From a virus (lineage: Duplodnaviria > Caudoviricetes), in the IMG/VR virus record IMGVR_UViG_3300022848_000005: a stretch of 64,000 nucleotides of DNA, one strand, 5' to 3'. The notes under the pieces are model-generated. The model did no database searches and was not told where the DNA came from. It saw nothing but the letters and a program-made list of their open reading frames with translations. Of this stretch, positions 55,838 to 64,000 are shown one piece after another. The translations under genes and the position numbers were made by a program. The stretch's first letter is position 1, and each line of letters starts with the position of its first letter.

Positions 55838-56361
55838 GCAACTCGCCTACCAGCACCTAAATACTTTTCCCACTTAGGATCTTTAATTTTAATAGGACTA
55901 TTGCGCCACTTTGATGCCAGTCTCCAGTAGTCTGGTTCGTATGGTTTGTGTATGGGTTTTATTAGTTTGTCTGCTTTAGCATAATTGCATTTTTTACAAC
56001 TAGTAACTACGTTAGTCCATGAAGATTTGCCACCTTTGCTTCTGGGTATAACATGATCGATAGTTAAGTCCTCAAAGTCAAATGTATCCTGGCAGTATTG
56101 GCATTGGAATAAATCACGCAAGTATACGTTAGCTCTACTAAATCTTACATAATGTCTTGGGTTAAAGTATTCTTTGGTAACTGCAACACTAGGTACATTT
56201 AATGTAAGGTTTTCACTGTGTACATGCCAGTCATTATATGTTTCTAACACTTGGATGCGTCCTAAAAACATTAACTTAATAGAGTGTTGCCAGTGTATAA
56301 CTGAGAGAGGAAGTACTGATATTGGATTGTAATCTTTGTTGAGAAGCAAGGTGTGTGACAT
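55834..56361 (-). CDS. HNH endonuclease (McrA-like)
   Basis: RDLFQCQYC, LTIDHVIPRSKGG and WTNVVTSCKKCN motifs. Confidence 0.9.
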   Translation of the reverse strand: MSHTLLLNKDYNPISVLPLSVIHWQHSIKLMFLGRIQVLETYNDWHVHSENLTLNVPSVAVTKEYFNPRHYVRFSRANVYLRDLFQCQYCQDTFDFEDLTIDHVIPRSKGGKSSWTNVVTSCKKCNYAKADKLIKPIHKPYEPDYWRLASKWRNSPIKIKDPKWEKYLGAGRRVA

Positions 56362-56416
56362 AAAAACCCTTTCTAAAAAGTATTTAACACTCCATGGAAC
56401 ACTGGTAAATATTAGT

Positions 56417-57979
56417 ATGTCTAAGTCGCTCGACGGCGTTTTAATTAAAGCCGCACATAAACAAGAAACCTTTACTAAGCCTCAGATAAAAGAACTCATG
56501 ACTTGTATGAATGGCAAAACTGGTTGCGAATATTTTATGAGCAACTACTTTTATATACAGCATCCTACAAGAGGTAAGTTGTTGTACAAACCTTTTGAGT
56601 TTCAAAAGCGCTTAATATCTACCTACAACGATTATAGATTTAGTGTTTCTCTGATGCCAAGACAAACTGGTAAAACAACCACTGCCGCTGGGTACCTGTT
56701 GTGGTATGCAATGTTTGTGCCAGACAGCACAATACTAGTGGCCGCCCACAAGTATGCAGGTGCTCAAGAGATTATGCAACGTATCAGGTATGCGTATGAG
56801 TCTGTACCCAATCATATACGTGCAGGTGTTACCAGTTATAACAAAGGAAGTATTGACTTTGACAACGGGTCACGTATCGTGGCAATGTCTACAACTGAGA
56901 ACACTGGTCGAGGTATGTCTATATCATTATTATACTCAGACGAGTTTGCATTTGTGAGGCCTACTATTGCCCGTGAGTTTTGGACGTCCATATCACCCAC
57001 ACTTAGTACTGGTGGTAAGGCTATTATTACATCAACACCTAACTCAGATGAAGATCAGTTTGCATTTATATGGAAACAAGCAAACAAGAACATTGATGAG
57101 TTTGGTAATGAACAGGAAGTAGGCGTAAACGGTTTTAGAGCATTTAGGTCTGAATGGTGGGAACATCCTGACAGGGATGAGCAGTGGAAACAAGAGGAAA
57201 TAGGGCGTATTGGTGAAGATAGGTTTAGACGAGAACATGGGCTAGAGTTCTTAATCTATGACGAAACTCTTATAGCACCAACTACTCTAATAGAGTTGGA
57301 GTTTAAAGAGCCTGTGTTCAAGCAAGGACAAGTACGCTGGTTTAAACATCCTGAAAAAGACAAAACTTATGTTCTCAGTTTAGATCCTAGTTTGGGAACA
57401 GGTGGCGATTACTCCGCTATACAAATATATGAGTTGCCCACATTAGAACAGGTGGGTGAGTGGCAAAATAACAGAACACCGATCCAACAGCAAGTTAAAC
57501 TACTACAACAGATTACAAGTTTTCTAGCAGAAACAGTTAACAAGAATAACATATACTACAGCATAGAAAACAACTCTATTGGCGAAGCCGCATTAGTAAG
57601 CATTGCCGAAATAGGAGAGGAAAATATTGCAGGAACATTCCTTACTGAGTCCAGATCTCATGGGAACTCTAGTCGATTTAGAAAAGGGTTTAATACTACT
57701 GCACGTAATAAACTAGCCGCATGCGCTAAGTTAAAGAGCCTAATAGAGAGCAAAAAACTAAAAGTACATAGCAAAAATTTAATTAGTGAATTAAAAACAT
57801 TTGTGGCACATGGTGGCAGTTATGCTGCCAAGACTGGTGAAACAGATGACTTAGTAATGAGTTTGGTATTGATAACCCGCATGATGCAGGGATTGCAAAC
57901 ATACGATGCTAGTCTAGACACAGCGTTGAGAGACCATAATGACAGTCTAGAGTTTCCTATGCCCTTTGTGATCTTTTAA
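56417..57979 (+). CDS. gp17: Terminase large subunit
   Basis: PRQTGKTT Walker A, YSDEFAF Walker B, ITSTPN, LDPSLGTGGDYS and DDLVMS motifs; no intein. Confidence 0.95.
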   Translation: MSKSLDGVLIKAAHKQETFTKPQIKELMTCMNGKTGCEYFMSNYFYIQHPTRGKLLYKPFEFQKRLISTYNDYRFSVSLMPRQTGKTTTAAGYLLWYAMFVPDSTILVAAHKYAGAQEIMQRIRYAYESVPNHIRAGVTSYNKGSIDFDNGSRIVAMSTTENTGRGMSISLLYSDEFAFVRPTIAREFWTSISPTLSTGGKAIITSTPNSDEDQFAFIWKQANKNIDEFGNEQEVGVNGFRAFRSEWWEHPDRDEQWKQEEIGRIGEDRFRREHGLEFLIYDETLIAPTTLIELEFKEPVFKQGQVRWFKHPEKDKTYVLSLDPSLGTGGDYSAIQIYELPTLEQVGEWQNNRTPIQQQVKLLQQITSFLAETVNKNNIYYSIENNSIGEAALVSIAEIGEENIAGTFLTESRSHGNSSRFRKGFNTTARNKLAACAKLKSLIESKKLKVHSKNLISELKTFVAHGGSYAAKTGETDDLVMSLVLITRMMQGLQTYDASLDTALRDHNDSLEFPMPFVIF

Positions 57980-58000
57980 ATTTTTTAGATAAATAGATTT

Positions 58001-60433
58001 ATGAGCGAAATTGAACCAATAGCGCAAGGATTATACGACAAATTAAAGAACAGATTTGGCGAAATTGCTATATCTGATGAATCAGCAAAGCCTACTAGTA
58101 TCTTAGAAGATGGGCGCTTCTTTAATTTTGATTTTAAACTAGGAAGTAAAAATTACGGTAATGTTACCATTAGTATTAATGATGGTGACAGTCTAAAAGT
58201 ATTCTTTAATAGACGTATCAGTAAGAAGATGGACGAAGAAGATCGTCCATCATGGTACAAGTTTTTAAAGGCACTACGCAGTTTTTCACGTAGAAACATG
58301 CTGAGGTTCGATACTAGAGATATAACAAGATCCGCATTAACAAAAAAAGAGATTAAAGATATGGCCACCAACGTCGACGTTTACGATAAATCAGAGCTTA
58401 ATCAAATTGCCACAGAAAGCAAGTTATATGGTAGCAAGAAAAGTAGTTACCAAAAAATGGTAGCACGAGAAGGCCAGAATCCTGTTAAAATTATTGTTAG
58501 ACATGCTAAAAATATTGATGAAGAAAAGCATGGCGCAAGAGCAAGGAATATATCAGCAGTTTTCTTAGAAACTCAATCAGGTGAAAGATTTAAACTACCA
58601 TTTATTAAATTGGTAGGTGCAAGAGCCATGGCTAGACACTTAATGAATGGTGGCGGTGTCGGCGATGAGTTGGGAACACATATTGTAGAGCTAGTTGAAG
58701 AGATGGCAGATTTGGGCCAATTTGTTAGACTAATGAAAAACAAACCCTGGGAGAATAGAGAAACTAAGGAAATGATGGAAGCCTCGGTTGACAGATACCA
58801 AGGTGTGAGGGCAACTCTCAATAGTTTAACAGGCCCTAAAGGCTATAGTAAATTTGCAGAAGCATTTAACCCACAAGTTAAAGAACTAGATGAGTTTAAT
58901 GCAGACACTGTTAAAGAAAAGTTTATACAACAGAGCTTCCCAGAAAAATTAGAATCAGCATTGCCGCATGTATACAGTGCGCACAAAGTATGGAGTAAGA
59001 ATATGTCAGAGCAGTTACAACAAGTGCATGAATTTGTGCGTTCAGATGAGTCTGTTCAATTAGGTAAAACACACGGCAACAAGGCTTACTTTGAATCATT
59101 AAGGTTTGTCGACACAAAAGCATTATTAAGAACAGTACTAGAGCAAGTGTCAGATCAAGCAGACGGAGCAATTAAAGAGTTTGCAACCAAATGGGCATCT
59201 CGCCTTAACACTATTGAAGAACAAGTTGACGAATCTTTAAAAGAAGAATATGGTATGGCTGTGCAACTTGCCAAGCAATATATTAAAGGTGTTAAGTCGA
59301 TTAAGGGAGGTCAAGTTGCTGAAGGATCTAATAACGATATTAAAGAGTTGTTCAATGATTGGATGAATAGCGAATATGCCCCGTTCGATGACGACTCAGG
59401 TGATGATAACGCAGTATTCACCAAAGCATTAAACTTTGTTGCAGATCGCATGGATAATCGTTCAGACTCGGAGAGTTATGCTTATAAATTAGCAGATATG
59501 TTTCAGGGTGTTAAGGGTAAAGGTTCAGAGCTAGATGAATATGCAGACTGGGCAGACAGTGTAATTGAAGAAGACGATGAAGTTGACGAAGATCCAATAC
59601 GTGAACTTGTGCTATACATCGAAAACGATGGCCAATTATATCAAATGCAAGGCGAGCCTATTATGCGTAACCTCACTAAGAAGTGGGACAAAGGCGTATA
59701 TGATCATGACAAAGCCAAAACACTTTGGAAGTACTATGCAGACACCGGTGCTAGAAAATATGGCAAAGATTACGGTGCAAATGATGGCTTTAAGATGTTC
59801 TCGCCAGCAGTACGTAGAGCTGTGGCAAGTGAACTAGCAGATAACTGGCATGAAGAACTTAAGGCTGGTAACAAAATGGAAGGTGCTGGTGATGCACCAG
59901 CAGGTTATGACCCACACAGAGATCCTGTATTAACACAAACACCTGCTTATAAAATGAGCATGGGGATTCAGAAAGGTTTGCAGTCAGGCAAGAAAATGTT
60001 TAACAAGTTTAGACAAGGCATAGCAGACAAGATAGCACCTGCTAATAAACAAAATGAAGAGCAAAATGTGGCGGAAGCGGAAGATCATGTTGAACTACAA
60101 AAGCTGATAGGACAACACCTTCCTGTAGGTCAAGATGGCAGTAATGCTATTACAGCACTTACGGGCATTATCGACAATGAAGAGTTAAACGCAGGATTAC
60201 AAGACATTGCCGATAAGCAAGGATCAGACAGTTGTGGTAGACCAGCAGTTTACAAGTATCTACAGGATGCAAATCCAGAGTTATTAAAGTTATTAGACTT
60301 TGGTGACATGACAATGGAAAACTTGGGCGGTGATGCCAGTGAGGAATTTATTAATTCAGTAACTGACCAGAAGAAAAAGAAACACGGCGAAACAACAGCA
60401 GAAGATTTAAAACGGTTAAGCGGATTAATTTAA
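58001..60433 (+). CDS. Large modular hypothetical protein (probably head-associated)
   Basis: 810 aa; GERFKLPF..GARAMARH module and ELVLYIENDG module; ends LKRLSGLI. Confidence 0.6.
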   Translation: MSEIEPIAQGLYDKLKNRFGEIAISDESAKPTSILEDGRFFNFDFKLGSKNYGNVTISINDGDSLKVFFNRRISKKMDEEDRPSWYKFLKALRSFSRRNMLRFDTRDITRSALTKKEIKDMATNVDVYDKSELNQIATESKLYGSKKSSYQKMVAREGQNPVKIIVRHAKNIDEEKHGARARNISAVFLETQSGERFKLPFIKLVGARAMARHLMNGGGVGDELGTHIVELVEEMADLGQFVRLMKNKPWENRETKEMMEASVDRYQGVRATLNSLTGPKGYSKFAEAFNPQVKELDEFNADTVKEKFIQQSFPEKLESALPHVYSAHKVWSKNMSEQLQQVHEFVRSDESVQLGKTHGNKAYFESLRFVDTKALLRTVLEQVSDQADGAIKEFATKWASRLNTIEEQVDESLKEEYGMAVQLAKQYIKGVKSIKGGQVAEGSNNDIKELFNDWMNSEYAPFDDDSGDDNAVFTKALNFVADRMDNRSDSESYAYKLADMFQGVKGKGSELDEYADWADSVIEEDDEVDEDPIRELVLYIENDGQLYQMQGEPIMRNLTKKWDKGVYDHDKAKTLWKYYADTGARKYGKDYGANDGFKMFSPAVRRAVASELADNWHEELKAGNKMEGAGDAPAGYDPHRDPVLTQTPAYKMSMGIQKGLQSGKKMFNKFRQGIADKIAPANKQNEEQNVAEAEDHVELQKLIGQHLPVGQDGSNAITALTGIIDNEELNAGLQDIADKQGSDSCGRPAVYKYLQDANPELLKLLDFGDMTMENLGGDASEEFINSVTDQKKKKHGETTAEDLKRLSGLI

Positions 60434-60443
60434 CCGTTTAGAC

Positions 60444-60472
60444 TTGACTAGATAAATAAAAGTGCGTACACT
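60444..60472 (+). promoter_or_regulatory. gp32 promoter (sigma70-like with an embedded late motif)
   Basis: TTGACT, 17-nt spacer containing TAAATA, then TACACT. Confidence 0.6.
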
Positions 60473-60534
60473 ACTAAACAAGTGTGCGTATTTTAGGCAT
60501 ACATTATGGCAAACTTATTAAGGAGTAATACATT

Positions 60535-61476
60535 ATGGCAACATCATTGGCCGATATCAGAGCAAGACTGCAACAACAAGACACACGATCCGGAAGTAGT
60601 TCAAGTGGGGGTGGCGACAATGCTATCTTTGCACACTGGAACATAAAAGAAGGCGACACTGCAACTATCAGGTTCCTCCCTGATGGCGATCCTAAAAACG
60701 ATTTTTTCTGGGTAGAACGTGCTATGATCCGTTTACCTTTCCAGGGTATTAAAGGACAAGCAGACAGTAAACCCATACAGGTACAAGTACCCTGCGTTGA
60801 AATGTGGGGAGAATCCTGTCCTATCCTAGCAGAAGTTAGAACATGGTTTCAAGACAAGGGTCTAGAAGACATGGGTCGTAAGTATTGGAAGAAGCGTAGT
60901 TATTTGTTTCAAGGTTTTGTAAAAGAGAATCAAATGCAGGAAGACAAAACACCTGAAAACCCGATTCGCAGATTTGTAATTAGTCCACAAATCTTTAATT
61001 TAATTAAGGCAGCACTTCTTGATCCAGATATGGAAGAGTTGCCAACTGATCCTACTAAGGGATTAGACTTTAGGGTAGTTAAGACCACAAAAGGTGGGTA
61101 CAGTGACTACTCTACAAGCAATTGGGCAAGGCGAGAGTCTGCACTAACTTCAACAGAAACTGCGGCAATAGAACAATATGGTTTATTCAACTTAGTTGAT
61201 TTTCTACCTAACCGCCCAGACGAAACTGCACTAAAAGTAATGAAAGAAATGTTTGAAGCATCTGTAGATGGGCAACCATATGATGCAGAGAAATGGGGTA
61301 ATTACTTTAAACCAGCAGGTATGATGCGGACAGCAACAGAAACCAGTACTGCACCAGCGGCAGTGTCAGCACCAGCGGCAGTGTCAGCACCAGCGGCACC
61401 AGTAACAGTAACTACTCCACCAAGTAGCCAAAGAGCAGAAGACATTTTGGCTATGATTAGAAATAGACAAAAGTAA
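60535..61476 (+). CDS. gp32: Single-stranded DNA-binding protein
   Basis: ATIRFLPDG, CVEMWGESCP, YWKKRSY and GLDFRVVKTTKGGYSDYSTS motifs. Confidence 0.9.
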   Translation: MATSLADIRARLQQQDTRSGSSSSGGGDNAIFAHWNIKEGDTATIRFLPDGDPKNDFFWVERAMIRLPFQGIKGQADSKPIQVQVPCVEMWGESCPILAEVRTWFQDKGLEDMGRKYWKKRSYLFQGFVKENQMQEDKTPENPIRRFVISPQIFNLIKAALLDPDMEELPTDPTKGLDFRVVKTTKGGYSDYSTSNWARRESALTSTETAAIEQYGLFNLVDFLPNRPDETALKVMKEMFEASVDGQPYDAEKWGNYFKPAGMMRTATETSTAPAAVSAPAAVSAPAAPVTVTTPPSSQRAEDILAMIRNRQK

Positions 61477-61550
61477 CACAACCTCCTCCTAGTAGTAAGT
61501 AGTTAAAAGTGGGTACCCAGGTGGGTACCTGCTTTAGTACTACGATAAAC

Positions 61551-62135
61551 ATGCTAACACAACTTGATTATGAACTGTTTCCTAACAACCCTGAGGTATA
61601 CAGACTACCGTCAGGAGAACTAGTGGCTAGAATATTTAAAAATGCAACTAGTAGTTTGGATAGACAAGGTTACGAGTTAGCTACACTAGACGAAATAGAA
61701 CAAGCAAATACAATTACAGCATATTGGCGAGAACCTGTAGCAAGGTTCTGTAGCGGAGTAAGTACGTTTGTTCAACAAACAGGCATCAGAGTAGAAGATG
61801 CTGTTCAATATCTATTTTTAAATAGGCACTATGCCCCACAGTTTTACAGTTTAATAAATCTTAGACGTTTTATGAACAGACATGCTTGTTTTAGTTTTAA
61901 GGAGTTAGGCGACATTGGTTCTATAACAGAGTTTCATGAAGTGCCTTACAGTAAAACAGAAGTGCCAATTACAGACAAAGTACATTTTTACCTAACGTGC
62001 GATAAGGTTGTCTGGGAAAAGTTTTTAGATACAACAGTGCATATTAACGAAGTATTACGTGTACTTAAATTATTTCATATAGGATACTATAAAGAAGTCT
62101 TTGAACATAGTAAAACAATAAATGCAAGCATTTAA
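61551..62135 (+). CDS. Sulfotransferase-like protein
   Basis: RIFKNATSS (PAPS-binding-like), WREPVARFCSG and HYAPQ motifs. Confidence 0.55.
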   Translation: MLTQLDYELFPNNPEVYRLPSGELVARIFKNATSSLDRQGYELATLDEIEQANTITAYWREPVARFCSGVSTFVQQTGIRVEDAVQYLFLNRHYAPQFYSLINLRRFMNRHACFSFKELGDIGSITEFHEVPYSKTEVPITDKVHFYLTCDKVVWEKFLDTTVHINEVLRVLKLFHIGYYKEVFEHSKTINASI

Positions 62136-62637
62136 AGAACTAACGTGCCACAGTATTATGTACATACAGTACGAAGTTATGGAGCATCTTGCCAATTACG
62201 AGCTAGAAGAAGGCTGGAACGATATTGACGAAGCAACTTGTCTACGTAGTTGTCCTAGACTCATGCTATACCTGAAAGAACTTAAACTGGCTCCTAGAGA
62301 TATCGCATGTACATACCTTACTGAACACTTAGACTTGCACGTAGATGCCAAGCCGGTAGTGGCTAAACTTAATATACCAATACAACATTGTGTGGGCAAT
62401 ATAAACTACTGGTATGACGAGGACGTAAGTCACAGAAGAACTAAAAAAGATAAATTCAACAGAAACGTTCCTGACTTAGCAGGATGGGTACCAAAGTCTA
62501 ATATTATAACACATCAATTCTTTACAAAACCAATAGTGTTTAACAGCCAAATACCGCATGGTGTTAAAGTTACATACGGTCCACGTATAGTTTTAAGTAT
62601 AACATTTTTTAATGAGCCGTTAAATGAACTGCATTAG
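62122..62637 (+). CDS. Cupin/2OG-Fe(II) oxygenase-like protein
   Basis: LHVDA..LNIPI..PIVFNSQIPHGV..PRIVLS pattern (HxD...H). Confidence 0.5.
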   Translation: MQAFKELTCHSIMYIQYEVMEHLANYELEEGWNDIDEATCLRSCPRLMLYLKELKLAPRDIACTYLTEHLDLHVDAKPVVAKLNIPIQHCVGNINYWYDEDVSHRRTKKDKFNRNVPDLAGWVPKSNIITHQFFTKPIVFNSQIPHGVKVTYGPRIVLSITFFNEPLNELH

Positions 62638-63571
62638 ATTCAAGCACTTTGCAAGACTTAACCCTGACGGCACAGTAAGCCGATGTGGTCACATGGTAAA
62701 ACCTCCTCGTTTTAATTCATTTAATGACATGAATAACAGTGACTGGAACAATAACTTAAAAGATTGGCCTGTCGAATGTGTTAGATGCAAAGTTAGCGAA
62801 AATCAGGGCAAAGAAAGTGTTAGGCAATTCAGTAACAAACAACATGAAGAACTATCTCAAGCTCATAAAGATTATCTAATCATTGGTGGAGTGTTGGATA
62901 ATATATGTAACTCTGCATGTCAACATTGTAATCCACACTTAAGCACAAAGTTTGGCGCCATTGCTAATAATAAGATAATAGTAGACAACACAGATAAATT
63001 TTACAACTTTCCGCAGGAACGTATTGTTAAGTTAGATATTAATGGTGGAGAGCCCACAGCAAGCCCCAACTACAAAAAATTACTGGAGTATTTGCCTGCT
63101 AACGTGCGTTATGTGAGAATAAACACAAACGGCAGTCTACGTATAGATCCAACGCCTTTGCTTAACCGTGGCATTGATGTTACAATAACTATGAGTTTAG
63201 ATGGCATAGACAAAGTACATGATTACTTACGTTGGCCCGTTGTTTGGAAGACATGGTTAAAACAATTTAACTATTACAACGAATTTAAAAACAAGAACTT
63301 CCATTTAGATGTATGGTCAACTATAAGTGCATTAAACCTTAAAGACTATCCTAACATCAAAAAGTTTACAGAAGATAAGGGTGTTAATTGGGCATGGGCA
63401 TTTTTAGAATCACCAGATGTATTAAGCATTAGACACACAAACTTTTTAACTGAACCTGCTAACGAGTTATTTGATGTGGTGGGGACAGAGCAAGACAACA
63501 GTCAGAAACTAACAGCGTGGTTAAAGTACCAGGATACTATTAGAAAAATCAATTACAAGGACTACTTATGA
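62624..63571 (+). CDS. Radical SAM protein
   Basis: CNSACQHC (CxxxCxxC), GGEP, INTNGS and MSLDG motifs, with an N-terminal Cys-rich SPASM-like segment. Confidence 0.9.
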   Translation: MNCIRFKHFARLNPDGTVSRCGHMVKPPRFNSFNDMNNSDWNNNLKDWPVECVRCKVSENQGKESVRQFSNKQHEELSQAHKDYLIIGGVLDNICNSACQHCNPHLSTKFGAIANNKIIVDNTDKFYNFPQERIVKLDINGGEPTASPNYKKLLEYLPANVRYVRINTNGSLRIDPTPLLNRGIDVTITMSLDGIDKVHDYLRWPVVWKTWLKQFNYYNEFKNKNFHLDVWSTISALNLKDYPNIKKFTEDKGVNWAWAFLESPDVLSIRHTNFLTEPANELFDVVGTEQDNSQKLTAWLKYQDTIRKINYKDYL

Positions 63572-63999
63572 AAATAGCAATTACGGGTGGAACTAACGGT
63601 ATAGGTAAGGCATTACTAGAACATTACATTAAAAAAGGACACACTGTGATGGATTACAGTAAACGAAATGGTTGGGATATTATACACCATGAACGTATTG
63701 CTGAACGAGTAGCACAATGTGATTGGTTTTTTAATAATGCACAACAAGGTTATGCACAGACTGAGCTACTGTTTGGTGTATATGAGTACTGGAAGGATAA
63801 ACCAGGCAAAAAGATAATAAACATTAGCAGTATGATGGCTGGAATGACAGTTAGTTGCTTACCGGGTTACGACATGTTAAAGTATCATCATCAAAAGCGA
63901 ACGCTGGAAAGCGCAGTAGAAGTGTTACGAAATAAGATGACTTGGCCACAGCTAGTTACCGTACGACCTGGTAAAGTAGACACACAGGGAGAAGGCGGT
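63568..63999 (+). CDS. Short-chain dehydrogenase/reductase (partial; runs off the window end)
   Basis: My own translation: MKIAITGGTNGIGKA..FFNNA..IINISS..YHHQK..VRPGKVDT (TGxxxGIG, NNA and YxxxK motifs). Confidence 0.85.
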   Translation, partial: MKIAITGGTNGIGKALLEHYIKKGHTVMDYSKRNGWDIIHHERIAERVAQCDWFFNNAQQGYAQTELLFGVYEYWKDKPGKKIINISSMMAGMTVSCLPGYDMLKYHHQKRTLESAVEVLRNKMTWPQLVTVRPGKVDTQGEGG

Positions 64000-64000
64000 G

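Noticed and set aside
42468-57979. Inteins in SufB or TerL, both common intein hosts
   Set aside because: Both are normal length with contiguous motifs.
1-64000. Stop-codon reassignment, tRNA genes, CRISPR arrays, integrase
   Set aside because: Core genes are intact in code 11 and use all three stop codons; no cloverleaf, repeat-spacer array or recombinase was seen.

Overview
64 kb of a large lytic T4-like myovirus, probably aquatic, in the standard genetic code with no tRNA, CRISPR or integrase visible. It holds almost the whole virion module (baseplate, tape measure, portal, prohead protease, scaffold, major capsid, fibres, neck, sheath, tube, terminase) plus gp55, gp47/gp46, dNMP kinase, gp32 and the start of a sulfotransferase/oxygenase/radical-SAM/SDR cluster. 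All identifications are by motif recognition and synteny, without database searches. The main points of interest are: (1) gp46 is fractured in its Walker A loop by an atypically split intein (36 aa + 124 aa) with a free-standing Vsr-like endonuclease between the halves; (2) a minimal GIY-YIG gene is followed at once by a ~400-nt GNRA-rich structured non-coding region; (3) two tandem glnA-type glutamine riboswitch aptamers precede an unannotated 33-aa ORF just after the major capsid gene; (4) a host-derived sufB + nfu cassette still carries capture scars (a duplicated nfu 5' end and a sufC 5' stub); (5) a likely -1 frameshift joins the gp26-like and gp51-like ORFs.
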